IMG/VR virus record: IMGVR_UViG_3300034062_006954
Span: 17,211 to 81,210 of that record
Reading direction: 5' to 3' (one strand)
Length of the DNA: 64,000 bases
From: a virus
Numbering within the stretch: position 1 is the stretch's first letter; every line of letters starts with the position of its first letter. Of the stretch, positions 37,133 through 45,951 are shown piece after piece. A program made the position numbers and the translations under genes. A model generated the notes under the pieces. It was not told where the DNA came from and did not search any database. It was given only the letters and a program-made list of their open reading frames with translations.

Positions 37133-37316
37133 TGATATCTTACATTTGTTATTATGAATATCAAGTCACAATAATATAGCTTATGTTATTTTCGTCCATT
37201 CTCATTGACAATAAGCAAACTCCTAAGAATGTAAGTCACATCTTAATCTTGTGACATAGATATAATTTAAACCTTTTTTCTTTTCATTTAGTTCCAAGAA
37301 CTAAAACTTTTTTTTG

Positions 37317-37390
37317 CGAGCTATAGGGGATTTGAACCCCTGATCTCCACCGTGACAGGGTGGCATGTTCGACCTCTACACCAATAGCTC
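37317..37390 (-). tRNA. tRNA-Asp(GTC)
   Basis: CT-GTC-AC; G discriminator. Confidence 0.93.
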
Positions 37391-37443
37391 TTTTGTTTTA
37401 ATTTCCCCCTCTATGTCAATGAACTCCACAAAGTTAAACAATC

Positions 37444-37923
37444 TCACCCAATTTTCCAAGCACCAAAGATAACTTTTTTTCTTTGCGTTGCATCTTCAGG
37501 ATTTCCGATTACAACTCCATCTTTAATTGTAAAGGCGTGTCCTTTTACTGTTACCATATAAGTTCCTTTTGAATATTTTTCAAGAAACTTAGCCGTAGTC
37601 ATATTTCTTAAGGTTCTTTTACCTTTTACCTCAACCCAATACATCATCATTACATCATTTGTAATTGGTTTTACACCTTTACGATTGAACTTTATCTGTT
37701 TTGACGCAAGTGCATTCATTGTCAAACTGAAATGTAATGTACCTTGTCCATTCTTTCTTCCAAAAACCTCACCCACTTTTTTATGGGCATAGTCGTAAGT
37801 AACTCCAAACGCAGATGCAAAAGATCTAACAACGCAATCATTTCTTTCACTTTCCGCAAGTTTTGATTCAGCAATACCTTTGATGGCAACTGAAGACGAT
37901 ATGTATGGTGTTTTTGTTCTCAT
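37444..37923 (-). CDS. Phage protein with NDCVVR...GHA motif (possible papain-like fold)
   Basis: Motif; TAACTTTG promoter directly before the ATG (near leaderless). Confidence 0.65.
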   Translation of the reverse strand: MRTKTPYISSSVAIKGIAESKLAESERNDCVVRSFASAFGVTYDYAHKKVGEVFGRKNGQGTLHFSLTMNALASKQIKFNRKGVKPITNDVMMMYWVEVKGKRTLRNMTTAKFLEKYSKGTYMVTVKGHAFTIKDGVVIGNPEDATQRKKVIFGAWKIG

Positions 37924-38160
37924 ACTACAAAGTTACAAAACCATTTCTAATTTCCAAACTTTGAGACAAAAAAAAATCCATCTTTTTTTTAGGAAGATGG
38001 ATTTGACATTATTAACACTCAAAACTAAGTTTACACCATCTCCATCCGAGGATTTCTACCCTCAGCTCCAGTTGTTAAGTCCATATAGAGATTGTGTTTC
38101 ATTGAAATTCTTACTATTTTTAATTAAATATAATGATATAACGAAAAGATGTCAAGTTTG

Positions 38161-38472
38161 TTACAAAAAATGTGAAATAATTTGAGCAACTTTATAACCT
38201 GTAAATGCCCCCAATGCCGCAGAACCTGGCAATACAACAAATTTCCCCAAATTACTTTCATATTTAGCACGATTTACAATTATCGAGATTAATATGTAAT
38301 ATAAGAAAAAGTTAATAAGAACGGCCAAATCAATTTCTTTTGACATAAAGACAACTATTGAATTACCAAAAAATCCCCAACAAAAATTTATTAGAGTTTC
38401 TCTTAATAACTCAGATACTGAAGTTTTGGCATCAGCAACCTTTATTTCTTTTGTGAATAAATTCTTTTTCAT
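38161..38472 (-). CDS. Three-TM membrane protein
   Basis: Hydrophobic segments. Confidence 0.7.
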   Translation of the reverse strand: MKKNLFTKEIKVADAKTSVSELLRETLINFCWGFFGNSIVVFMSKEIDLAVLINFFLYYILISIIVNRAKYESNLGKFVVLPGSAALGAFTGYKVAQIISHFL

Positions 38473-38978
38473 TCTAATAAATCATTAAATCCATTATTAT
38501 TTAAGAAATCGTTGTCCTCATCAATTTCCCTCAATTCATATTCAAAACTACTTACATTACAAATTACACCATCAACAAATGTTTCATAGATATAATCAAA
38601 ATTTTCAGGTGTTAGTTGTACTTTTTCTTTATTAAATAAAGAAAATAATTCTTTTGAATTTTTATATAGATTTGGATATGTGTATTTTTTTAAAATACCA
38701 TCCATTTCAAGGTATTCATTCTTTTTATAAAATTCTCCATTTAAAACCAATATGTCAATAAATTCCCATTCATTCAAAACCATCATAATAAAGGTTTTCA
38801 TTCCTTGCATACAAGCATTTCTATAATCTTCATAATAGTCTCCAATACCAAGACCATCAACACCAACCTCATCAGCTTGATTCTCCATTTTGGCGATAAC
38901 ATCTAAAGCCATCAATTGTAATTCTTCCCAACTTGTATCGTATTTTTTATAAAAATTTATAATAATCATTTGACTCAT
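38469..38978 (-). CDS. Hypothetical protein
   Basis: ORF track. Confidence 0.7.
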   Translation of the reverse strand: MSQMIIINFYKKYDTSWEELQLMALDVIAKMENQADEVGVDGLGIGDYYEDYRNACMQGMKTFIMMVLNEWEFIDILVLNGEFYKKNEYLEMDGILKKYTYPNLYKNSKELFSLFNKEKVQLTPENFDYIYETFVDGVICNVSSFEYELREIDEDNDFLNNNGFNDLLE

Positions 38979-38984
38979 TTTTAT

Positions 38985-39617
38985 TTATTGATTTGCATAA
39001 TACATTTTATCATTATCCTCCGTTGCCCACTTTTCAGTTGTTTCACAATTCCAAAGTTTATCATTAACTAAATAATCAGGTTTTTCTGGGAATGGTTTTG
39101 TCACAAAACTCGCTTCAACCCATCTTATCCTATTATTAGGTTGAAGTGCAATTTGACCATTATTCAACAAAATTATGTGGTGTGATTTATGTTCCGTAGG
39201 ATCTTCGGCCAAACTCAAATTTGTGTTTAAATCATTTGAACCCCAATTAATCGTAGCAAAATAATTCCCATCAACCCATTTTTTATTTTTCATAAAAACA
39301 CTCACAGGAGCATTTGGTAAATAATTAAGTTGAATTAAAGAAAAATTATAAGAGAATGAATTCCATATTTGTAAATAATGAAATGGGAAATCAGGGTCAG
39401 GTAATTTAGGTTCTGTCAATAATGCGTGTGATGGTAATTTATCCCTCATAACACCATTGTTTAAAAGAACTTGAAATAATGTTGCTTGCCCTGGTAAACA
39501 TCTTATCGAAACAATTACACCCTCAGTGAATTCACCAAGTCCCTTTTGGTGCTGATACATATATTCATTTCGAACATAAACTTTAAGTGGGAAAAAATTA
39601 CTTTCAATATATGCCAT
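38985..39617 (-). CDS. Hypothetical phage protein
   Basis: 210-aa ORF; EHKSHH...NGQIALQPNNRI. Confidence 0.75.
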   Translation of the reverse strand: MAYIESNFFPLKVYVRNEYMYQHQKGLGEFTEGVIVSIRCLPGQATLFQVLLNNGVMRDKLPSHALLTEPKLPDPDFPFHYLQIWNSFSYNFSLIQLNYLPNAPVSVFMKNKKWVDGNYFATINWGSNDLNTNLSLAEDPTEHKSHHIILLNNGQIALQPNNRIRWVEASFVTKPFPEKPDYLVNDKLWNCETTEKWATEDNDKMYYANQ

Positions 39618-39619
39618 AA

Positions 39620-39943
39620 TTAATTTGTTGGTATGTCATTTGAGCCATACTCTCTTATTAAATAGTCGGTAAAATTTTCTACACTTTCAACATCAAACTC
39701 AACTTCCTCATGCCATATTTTTTTATCAACATCATCATATAACCACCAACCAACTAAGTCCTGAATCCATCCGAATTGTTCGTCTTGTTTTTTTCTGAGG
39801 AGTGTCGGAATACTTTTTTCAAGTTGTGAACTGGTGTTGTCAAACTCAAGTAAATCAATTCCCAAGCTATAGAGAGAATGTATCTTTTCATCGTACTCCT
39901 TTATTTTTAATAATGTCTCGATTATGTAATCCCTTACCATCAT
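39620..39943 (-). CDS. Hypothetical protein
   Basis: ORF track. Confidence 0.7.
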   Translation of the reverse strand: MMVRDYIIETLLKIKEYDEKIHSLYSLGIDLLEFDNTSSQLEKSIPTLLRKKQDEQFGWIQDLVGWWLYDDVDKKIWHEEVEFDVESVENFTDYLIREYGSNDIPTN

Positions 39944-39971
39944 AAGTAGTTTAAATGTGAATTAAAATTTG

Positions 39972-40046
39972 CGGGAGCAATAGGACTCGAACCTATAACC
40001 TGTGGTTTTGGAGACCACCACTCTATTCCAATTGAGCTATACTCCC
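39972..40046 (-). tRNA. tRNA-Trp(CCA)
   Basis: CT-CCA-AA. Confidence 0.93.
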
Positions 40047-40051
40047 ATTGT

Positions 40052-40126
40052 TGGAGGTCGGGGTGTGAATCGAACACACATAAAAGGGTTTGCAATCCTC
40101 CACATAAACCACTCTGTCACCCGACC
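40052..40126 (-). tRNA. tRNA-Cys(GCA), CCA encoded
   Basis: TT-GCA-AA; U discriminator. Confidence 0.92.
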
Positions 40127-40140
40127 TTGATATTTCTTTT

Positions 40141-40275
40141 TAATCCCCCAACTTCACCCCACTCGTCAGTGGGGGATTGGTCAGGTTAAGTCCTACAACT
40201 TATACCTTGGGCTATTCGTTCATGGACAAAAAGACCACTGAAGTGTGCTGTTCTATTGAGAAGCATCGTGGTACT
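40141..40275 (-). ncRNA. Unclassified structured RNA upstream of tRNA-Cys
   Basis: GC-rich; CCCCACT-GACG-AGTGGGG and AATCCCCCA/TGGGGGATT alternative pairings. Confidence 0.4.
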
Positions 40276-40301
40276 ATTATATTTATAAAAACAAAATTTG
40301 T

Positions 40302-40544
40302 ATGACAATAATAATACCAATTGAAGAATTAGAAAATGATTATCAAAAAAATTGGAAACTTGAAAAAATTAAAGGTGTATCAATTGATTACGCAACAAAT
40401 TCTATTAATGGTTTTTTTGAAGATACTGAATTAATCTTATTTAAGTTCAAAGATTATGGTTTTATTCATGATAATAGATTTAATACGTATCAAATATCCA
40501 TAGGACCCGCAGGTATTTTAATCCAAGTTAAAAAAACAAGGTGA
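40302..40544 (+). CDS. Hypothetical protein
   Basis: ORF preceded by TATTTATA; stop abuts the tRNA-Lys 3' end. Confidence 0.65.
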   Translation: MTIIIPIEELENDYQKNWKLEKIKGVSIDYATNSINGFFEDTELILFKFKDYGFIHDNRFNTYQISIGPAGILIQVKKTR

Positions 40545-40616
40545 CCCTGGTGAGATTCGAACTCACGCTCCCTATATTAAAAGTATAGTGCTTTAAACCA
40601 ACTAAGCCACAGGGTC
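40542..40616 (-). tRNA. tRNA-Lys(TTT)
   Basis: CT-TTT-AA. Confidence 0.93.
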
Positions 40617-40621
40617 AATAA

Positions 40622-40924
40622 TTAAAATTTTCTATTTGGATTCATTCCTCGTTTGAAATTCACACATAATCTATCTTTATCATCAAAGAAAGTATTGACC
40701 ATTGGTGTACCCAACTTAATACCACATCCATCAGGTGAAAAACTACATAAACTTCTTGCTTTACCATCTAAATTAACAGCCTCCAATAATCTCCACTCAA
40801 TACCTGTTTCAACATCGTAAACATAATCACCATCTCTTAATACATAATGTTGATTAAATTTGTTTCGTAATGATTCGTAAAACTTTGCCGACATCATATT
40901 TGACATTAAAAGTATTTTTAACAT
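40622..40924 (-). CDS. Hypothetical protein
   Basis: ORF track. Confidence 0.6.
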   Translation of the reverse strand: MLKILLMSNMMSAKFYESLRNKFNQHYVLRDGDYVYDVETGIEWRLLEAVNLDGKARSLCSFSPDGCGIKLGTPMVNTFFDDKDRLCVNFKRGMNPNRKF

Positions 40925-40942
40925 AATTTAAGTTTTTGATAA

Positions 40943-41155
40943 TTAATTGATTCTTGTAATGTTCCCAAATTTACATAAAAGATTCATATATTTTATTTTT
41001 TCCATCAAATAATTTTGATTTTTATCTAATAAAATAACTACTTCCATATCAACAATTGCTCTTACCTGAACCTCCTTATTGTTCGGATTATTATCACCAA
41101 AATCAATAATTAATTCATCACCTACTTTGTATTCACCAATTTTTACTATTTCCAT
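40943..41155 (-). CDS. Hypothetical protein
   Basis: ORF track. Confidence 0.6.
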   Translation of the reverse strand: MEIVKIGEYKVGDELIIDFGDNNPNNKEVQVRAIVDMEVVILLDKNQNYLMEKIKYMNLLCKFGNITRIN

Positions 41156-41171
41156 ATTATTAATATTTTTG

Positions 41172-41246
41172 TTGTTCCGGTGGGGCTCGAACCCACGACT
41201 TTTCGCGTATCAGACGAATACTCTAAACCAACTGAGTTACGGAACA
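41172..41246 (-). tRNA. tRNA-Ile(GAT)
   Basis: CT-GAT-AC. Confidence 0.92.
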
Positions 41247-41253
41247 ATGTTTG

Positions 41254-41327
41254 TGGTTCTACCAAGACTCGAACTTGGAACCCCTCCGTTATGAGCGGAA
41301 AGCTCTAACCACTTGAGCTATAGAACC
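41254..41327 (-). tRNA. tRNA with CAT anticodon, probably Ile2 (lysidine) or elongator Met
   Basis: CT-CAT-AA; TAGCTCAAGTGGTTAGAGC D arm typical of Ile2. Confidence 0.85.
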
Positions 41328-41334
41328 TATTGTG

Positions 41335-41407
41335 TATGGGTGACAGGACTTGAACCTGCGACCACTAGTTCCCAAAACTAGCACTCTACCAACTGAGCTA
41401 CACCCAT
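41335..41407 (-). tRNA. tRNA-Pro(TGG)
   Basis: TT-TGG-GA. Confidence 0.92.
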
Positions 41408-41576
41408 ATATTAAACAATCAAACCATAAATAAATCCAATCAAAACAACAATCAGAAGAATTAAACCAATCAAGAAAAAATCAGAATTCTTTTCAAAAAA
41501 AGATAGAATTATAAGAATTAACCCAATTATAAAAAATAAAGTTCCAATAAATAATAACATAATTTAAGTTTTTTTG

Positions 41577-41661
41577 CGGAGAACAGAGGACACGATCCCC
41601 ACACCATAATTAGTGCCACATGCTTAGCAGGCAGTGATGACTCCTCGTCATTTTATTCTCC
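41577..41661 (-). tRNA. tRNA-Ser(GCT), atypical D and T arms
   Basis: GGAGAAT/GTTCTCC-G; CT-GCT-AA; long variable arm; T loop ATCGTGT. Confidence 0.78.
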
Positions 41662-41671
41662 AAAGTTAATG

Positions 41672-41744
41672 TTGTCCCACTCTGACTCGAACAGAGATTT
41701 TATCGTCCGTAGCGATAGGTTCTAATCCATTGAACTATAGGACA
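41672..41744 (-). tRNA. tRNA-Arg(ACG)
   Basis: CT-ACG-GA. Confidence 0.92.
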
Positions 41745-41749
41745 AGTTG

Positions 41750-41821
41750 CGTCCCCACCTGGACTCGAACCAGGAATACTTGATTAACAGTCAAGTGTGA
41801 TTGCCTTTTCACCATAGAGAC
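41750..41821 (-). tRNA. tRNA-Asn(GTT)
   Basis: CT-GTT-AA. Confidence 0.92.
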
Positions 41822-41832
41822 ATTGTATTGGG

Positions 41833-41915
41833 CGGAAGAGAAGGGAATCGAACCCCCAAAGCCATTACGCTCAGCTGTTTTCAAGACAGTGTCCTCGTCC
41901 ATTCGGACCTCTTCC
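41833..41915 (-). tRNA. tRNA-Ser(TGA)
   Basis: CT-TGA-AA, long variable arm. Confidence 0.9.
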
Positions 41916-41925
41916 GTATAGTTTG

Positions 41926-42000
41926 GTGGCATGATGGGACTCGAACCCACACATACATCATCCACAATGATGCCCCTCTACCAATTGGGGTACATACCAC
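41926..42000 (-). tRNA. tRNA-His(GTG)
   Basis: TT-GTG-GA; G-1/C73. Confidence 0.92.
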
Positions 42001-42008
42001 ATATAGTT

Positions 42009-42084
42009 TGGTGGTGATGATTGGATTTGAACCGATATAAAACGATTTTCAGTCGTTCGCCTTGACCAACTTGGCAACATCACC
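42009..42084 (-). tRNA. tRNA-Phe(GAA), CCA encoded
   Basis: CT-GAA-AA. Confidence 0.92.
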
Positions 42085-42290
42085 ATAAAAATTATTCAGT
42101 CTCAAAACAATGATATTCACTATAACCATCATAACTCTTAATTGTCTCACCATTATAATTTACATTGGATAAAGACATAACATAAGACAAACTTTCTTTG
42201 AATCCATTAAGGATAACTACTTTAACACCCATCTCTTTAAGTTCGTTCAATTTATTCATAGTTATTTAAATTTTATTGTTTAAAAATTTA

Positions 42291-42470
42291 GAGTAAGTAT
42301 CCACCACGTTTAAGGCTGGCTGTGGACAGTGCTACCTACGACCTTTCCTTACTCTACAATGATTGTTTAGTCGCGGGGAATCCATCTGCCGCTTATTACT
42401 AGAATCTTGTGGCTTACTTACTATAGTTCAATCCGTTACCACTAGGAAACCCAACATTCACATTCATTGT
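42291..42470 (-). ncRNA. Two adjacent end-closed structured RNAs (42291-42354; 42356-42470)
   Basis: GAGTAAG/CTTACTC and ACAATGA/TCATTGT closing stems directly behind a TACCTTTG promoter. Confidence 0.5.
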
Positions 42471-42558
42471 TCTACAAAGGTACGATTTGTTTTTTGATTT
42501 CCAAATATCTTTGTAAGTTTTTTTTTTTAAAGTGGTGAAATTCGACCACTTTAGATTG

Positions 42559-42631
42559 TTCCCCCTGATGGAATCGAACCACCATATTCAGAATCAAAAC
42601 CTGACGTAATAAACCTTTATACCAAGGGGGA
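42559..42631 (-). tRNA. tRNA-Gln(TTG)
   Basis: TT-TTG-AT. Confidence 0.92.
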
Positions 42632-42776
42632 GTATATATTTTCCCACGATTTCAACGAACTATTATTATAACTTTAAAAGAACAACCAAAGTTCCAAAAA
42701 ACAAAAAAACCCTGAACTTTTTATGGCTCAGGGTTCTATTTTATAAAACTATTATGATTATATCCAAATCAATACC

Positions 42777-42863
42777 TTAAACCATTATATACGTGTCTAC
42801 TGACCAACAAAAATTACTTTGCGGCAGAATCGAACGTTTAATATGGTTTATTGTGTTTTTCAT
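42777..42863 (-). CDS. 28-aa leader-like peptide followed by a terminator (~42702-42736)
   Basis: MKNTINHIKRSILPQSNFCWSVDTYIMV; AACCCTGAG...TTCAGGGTT-TTTTT. Confidence 0.4.
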   Translation of the reverse strand: MKNTINHIKRSILPQSNFCWSVDTYIMV

Positions 42864-42901
42864 TTTAAGTAATAAATATATAGTTTTTTTAAAAAGTAAA
42901 T

Positions 42902-43420
42902 TTAAATTGCGATTATTTCAAAATTTCCTCTAGCATTTTTTCTAATAACAAATCTAATAACATTAGGAATATTGAATAATCTAAGTCCACCATTGTTTAA
43001 ATTAGCACCATTGAAATAGAAATCACCAGCAGTTAAATTAAGTAATCTCTGGTCACTTGGATATCTGTTTGCAAATTGAATGTGATCCAAAACCTCAGGA
43101 GTATAATTAGCAAGATACATACTATATGTTACTCTCATATCACCTCTTAATGGGTTCTTACCACAGAATACATCTTTTGCAACAGAACCTTTTTGTGTTA
43201 AAACACCAGTATCAAAAATCTTATAAGTTGATGCCAATCTTTCAAAAACAAAAGAACAATTGAAATCAATATATGATTTTACTACATCCAATCCAAAGTT
43301 TTTAGCTTGATTAATTTGATTTGCACTTGATGTTGGACTTGAAGATAAACTACCATTTCTTTGAGCAAAAAGTCCAACAGAAAGAAATAAGAATAATGTT
43401 AAATATTTTAAAGTTTTCAT
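42902..43420 (-). CDS. Exported protein
   Basis: Sec signal ending FA-Q. Confidence 0.75.
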   Translation of the reverse strand: MKTLKYLTLFLFLSVGLFAQRNGSLSSSPTSSANQINQAKNFGLDVVKSYIDFNCSFVFERLASTYKIFDTGVLTQKGSVAKDVFCGKNPLRGDMRVTYSMYLANYTPEVLDHIQFANRYPSDQRLLNLTAGDFYFNGANLNNGGLRLFNIPNVIRFVIRKNARGNFEIIAI

Positions 43421-43443
43421 TTGAATTTGGTTTTAATTGTTTA

Positions 43444-43962
43444 TTAAGGAATAACTTGCATTGATTGTAGAATCCTTCTACAAATATCACCATTAGTTGT
43501 TGAACGTCTATCAACAGGGAATATTGCTATACCATAGAATTGCATAGTACTACTTGCATTATAAACACCCATACTCCAAAAGTTAATTTTTGTAGCCCCA
43601 TCAGTAGCCGTACCATTCATCCAATAACCACTCAGACCACCACTTAAAATAACAGCAGATTCGTCAACGTTAGTTACATTTGTGTACTGAGCATTGATTG
43701 AAGTCATACCCATTTTTGCCAATTCAACCGCGTCAGAAACGTCAATAGAGGCATCTTCTTTAACTGGTCTTAAAAAGAAAGTTAGACCTCGTTCTGTTGA
43801 ATTAATTGAAAACTCAGTAGTAGTATTTTTAACTACCTTAAAATCCGATGGTGCTTTGAAGCCCATCTTGTAAAGTTTGTAATTGAAGCTAGTGTATTGT
43901 GTTTGTCCAAAACTAACCACCGCCAAGCAAACCATTGCTAACACAAAAAAAATTCTCTTCAT
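43444..43962 (-). CDS. Exported protein (PsbP/DcrB-like pattern)
   Basis: Sec signal ending FG-Q; F.AP..F... Confidence 0.65.
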   Translation of the reverse strand: MKRIFFVLAMVCLAVVSFGQTQYTSFNYKLYKMGFKAPSDFKVVKNTTTEFSINSTERGLTFFLRPVKEDASIDVSDAVELAKMGMTSINAQYTNVTNVDESAVILSGGLSGYWMNGTATDGATKINFWSMGVYNASSTMQFYGIAIFPVDRRSTTNGDICRRILQSMQVIP

Positions 43963-44004
43963 TTTTTTAAAAAAAGTTTTAGTTTAAAAATTTATTTATA
44001 ATAC

Positions 44005-44291
44005 GGGATAAATGTTTAAAAAAGTTTCAGATTTTTTTAATGAGTAATTGCTGAATTTATCCCTTGGTTATAAGTATATGTGATATGAAAAAAAAGAGAA
44101 ATGTACCAGAGTGATTTTTGGTCATTTTTTAGTTAAAGTTTTAACTATGAGGAAAACCAACCTCTGTCATGGTTTTGTAATTGTAGAATTTTGGATTTGC
44201 TGAACTCACTCTTTCTATACATTTCTCTTAAAGGTCAGGGTAGTGTTTGTTCAAGTTTGCAGATTGATTTTAAATTTGCTGTAACTACCCT
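44005..44291 (-). ncRNA. Three tandem stem RNAs sharing T(T/A)CAGCAA, Y-RNA-like candidates (44237-44291, 44095-44228, 44005-44063)
   Basis: Terminal stems differ in sequence but all pair: AGGGTAGT/ACTACCCT, AGAGTGA/TCACTCT, GGGATAAAT/ATTTATCCC. Confidence 0.7.
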
Positions 44292-44299
44292 TTAATGTT

Positions 44300-45697
44300 T
44301 TAAACTTCTATAATAGAATATCTTTCTGAATTAATTGTTTTGTTCATTATAGATATTGGAGTAATTTCTTCACCACCTAATACTGACTTTACAATACTTG
44401 GTGACAAACCTGAAATCAATGCCACACCTTTTTCATCATATCGTATTGGAAAGTTTTTGCTCCTTGATTGGATATTCCAAAATATGATTTGTGGTAATGA
44501 ATATCCACTATCATTATACAATCTATTAATCATTTGCATAGCACTTTCAGAATGTCTTGAGGCTTCATTAAACTCCATATCAGACATAATCAATAGTTTT
44601 GATGGCATATCTTCAGGCTGAAGATTGTGTTTGATAGCTTGGTTCAGAATGAGGTTGAATACTGATTCTAAATTAGTAGACATCCCCCAATCTGACCTAA
44701 GCATTTGATGATAACGATCTTTAAGATTACCATTAACTTTTTCAAGTTTTGGTTTCTCAGAGAATGTTATGAAAGCATCTTTGAACACACCTTCATTTCT
44801 TTCTGAAATATATAATCCTAAAGAAGTCGCAACATCCATACAACTAATACTTCCCGATACGATTGAATTCATCGAACCTGAAACATCAACTACAGGTAAA
44901 ATTCTTTCAGTTGTACCTTCCATAAAATTAGGTAAAGATTTCCATTGCTCATTTGCTAATTCCCATACACCTTCTTTCAAAGTTTGAACAACGTTGTATG
45001 GATATACAGCACCAGCATTCACTTTGGTTTCACCTTTCTTTAGTTTTTCTAAATACTCAGAAAATCCAATTGAATCGTGTTTAACAAAAGCTTTTGTGTA
45101 TCTACTCATAGCCAAAGATGGAGTTTTTGAATACTCAATCTCAGTCCATTGGTTAGCACACATCTTTTGTTCAACAGTGTTAGAAACCCCAACCAATAAT
45201 TTACGGAGGTTTTTAGGGGTGACATTTAAAGTCTTTCTAATTGCATTAAATATTTCACCCTTTCTTGGTATCCATTTTGCACATAGACTATTTTCTACAA
45301 TAAGTCCACTTACATACATTTGGACAGCCGCAGCTTCCAAAGGAGTACCAAAAAGAACTGAAAGATCATCCCATCTACCAAAGTATGGTATTGCTTGTAT
45401 GTTTTCACTTACAGCTTTAGGATGATTCTCCGCAAGATACTTGATGATATCTCGGAAGATTTGTCTTTCACCTGCACCACCTCTAACATCACGAGCCCAA
45501 AATAATATTTTTAGAGCCGCCAATGGATTCTCATTAAATGCCTTTGAGAAGTTAGAGATAAGTCTATCCTTATCTTGTCCTCTCATTGCTCCAATTGTGA
45601 AGAACAAGTTTACACATTCATTCAATGTTGAAGAATTTGTAACCATCCCATTTTCAGTCAGAGTGTCATTTGTTTGAAGTGCTTCGATGAAGTTCAT
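44300..45697 (-). CDS. DUF2828-type Ro60/TROVE-like protein with C-terminal vWA domain
   Basis: TENG; RDVRGGAGER; GRWDD; AKWIPR; VDVSGSM MIDAS; WG.STN; SDMEF; IFWN. Confidence 0.85.
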   Translation of the reverse strand: MNFIEALQTNDTLTENGMVTNSSTLNECVNLFFTIGAMRGQDKDRLISNFSKAFNENPLAALKILFWARDVRGGAGERQIFRDIIKYLAENHPKAVSENIQAIPYFGRWDDLSVLFGTPLEAAAVQMYVSGLIVENSLCAKWIPRKGEIFNAIRKTLNVTPKNLRKLLVGVSNTVEQKMCANQWTEIEYSKTPSLAMSRYTKAFVKHDSIGFSEYLEKLKKGETKVNAGAVYPYNVVQTLKEGVWELANEQWKSLPNFMEGTTERILPVVDVSGSMNSIVSGSISCMDVATSLGLYISERNEGVFKDAFITFSEKPKLEKVNGNLKDRYHQMLRSDWGMSTNLESVFNLILNQAIKHNLQPEDMPSKLLIMSDMEFNEASRHSESAMQMINRLYNDSGYSLPQIIFWNIQSRSKNFPIRYDEKGVALISGLSPSIVKSVLGGEEITPISIMNKTINSERYSIIEV

Positions 45698-45759
45698 ATC
45701 GGTTTGTTTAATTGTGTTGTAAATTCTAAGTGATTAGTTGTACTTTGTCAAGTGATTTT

Positions 45760-45951
45760 CTAAATCTTTTTTACTTCATATTTGTGACCTGAATCAGAAT
45801 TCGTCTCAAATAATTCTTTCATTTTAGTAGCATCCTCGATGTTATCAAACTCAAGTACCTCACCTTGAGTATCAAGAATAACGACAGGTAATGTTGATTT
45901 ATTTTCTTTAATGTATTTAATAATCAGATACATTTTATAATCTTTTTGCAA
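45760..45951 (-). CDS. Hypothetical protein
   Basis: ORF track. Confidence 0.6.
   Translation of the reverse strand: MQKDYKMYLIIKYIKENKSTLPVVILDTQGEVLEFDNIEDATKMKELFETNSDSGHKYEVKKI

Larger units (their letters stand above)
36440..37315 (-). repeat. Four dispersed copies of a ~45-bp promoter-like element (core catttagttccaag at 36457, 36681, 36921, 37285)
   Basis: Minus strand CTTGGAACTAAATGA...GGTTTA; irregular spacing. Confidence 0.85.

Noticed and set aside
36440-37315. CRISPR array from the catttagttccaag repeats
   Set aside because: Spacing is 224-364 nt and irregular, the intervals contain tRNAs and ORFs, and no cas genes are present.
40158-40175. Hammerhead ribozyme (CTGACGAG on the minus strand)
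   Set aside because: No stem II followed by GAAA; the motif is the loop of a simple hairpin.
35569-42040. ORF-track entries over tRNAs (35786-35971, 41079-41294, 41735-41965, 41801-42040, 5' part of 35569-35904)
   Set aside because: Readings through tRNA genes.
32674-42631. HDV-like theta ribozymes at tRNA 3' ends
   Set aside because: Could not fit the nested double pseudoknot by eye; needs a descriptor search.
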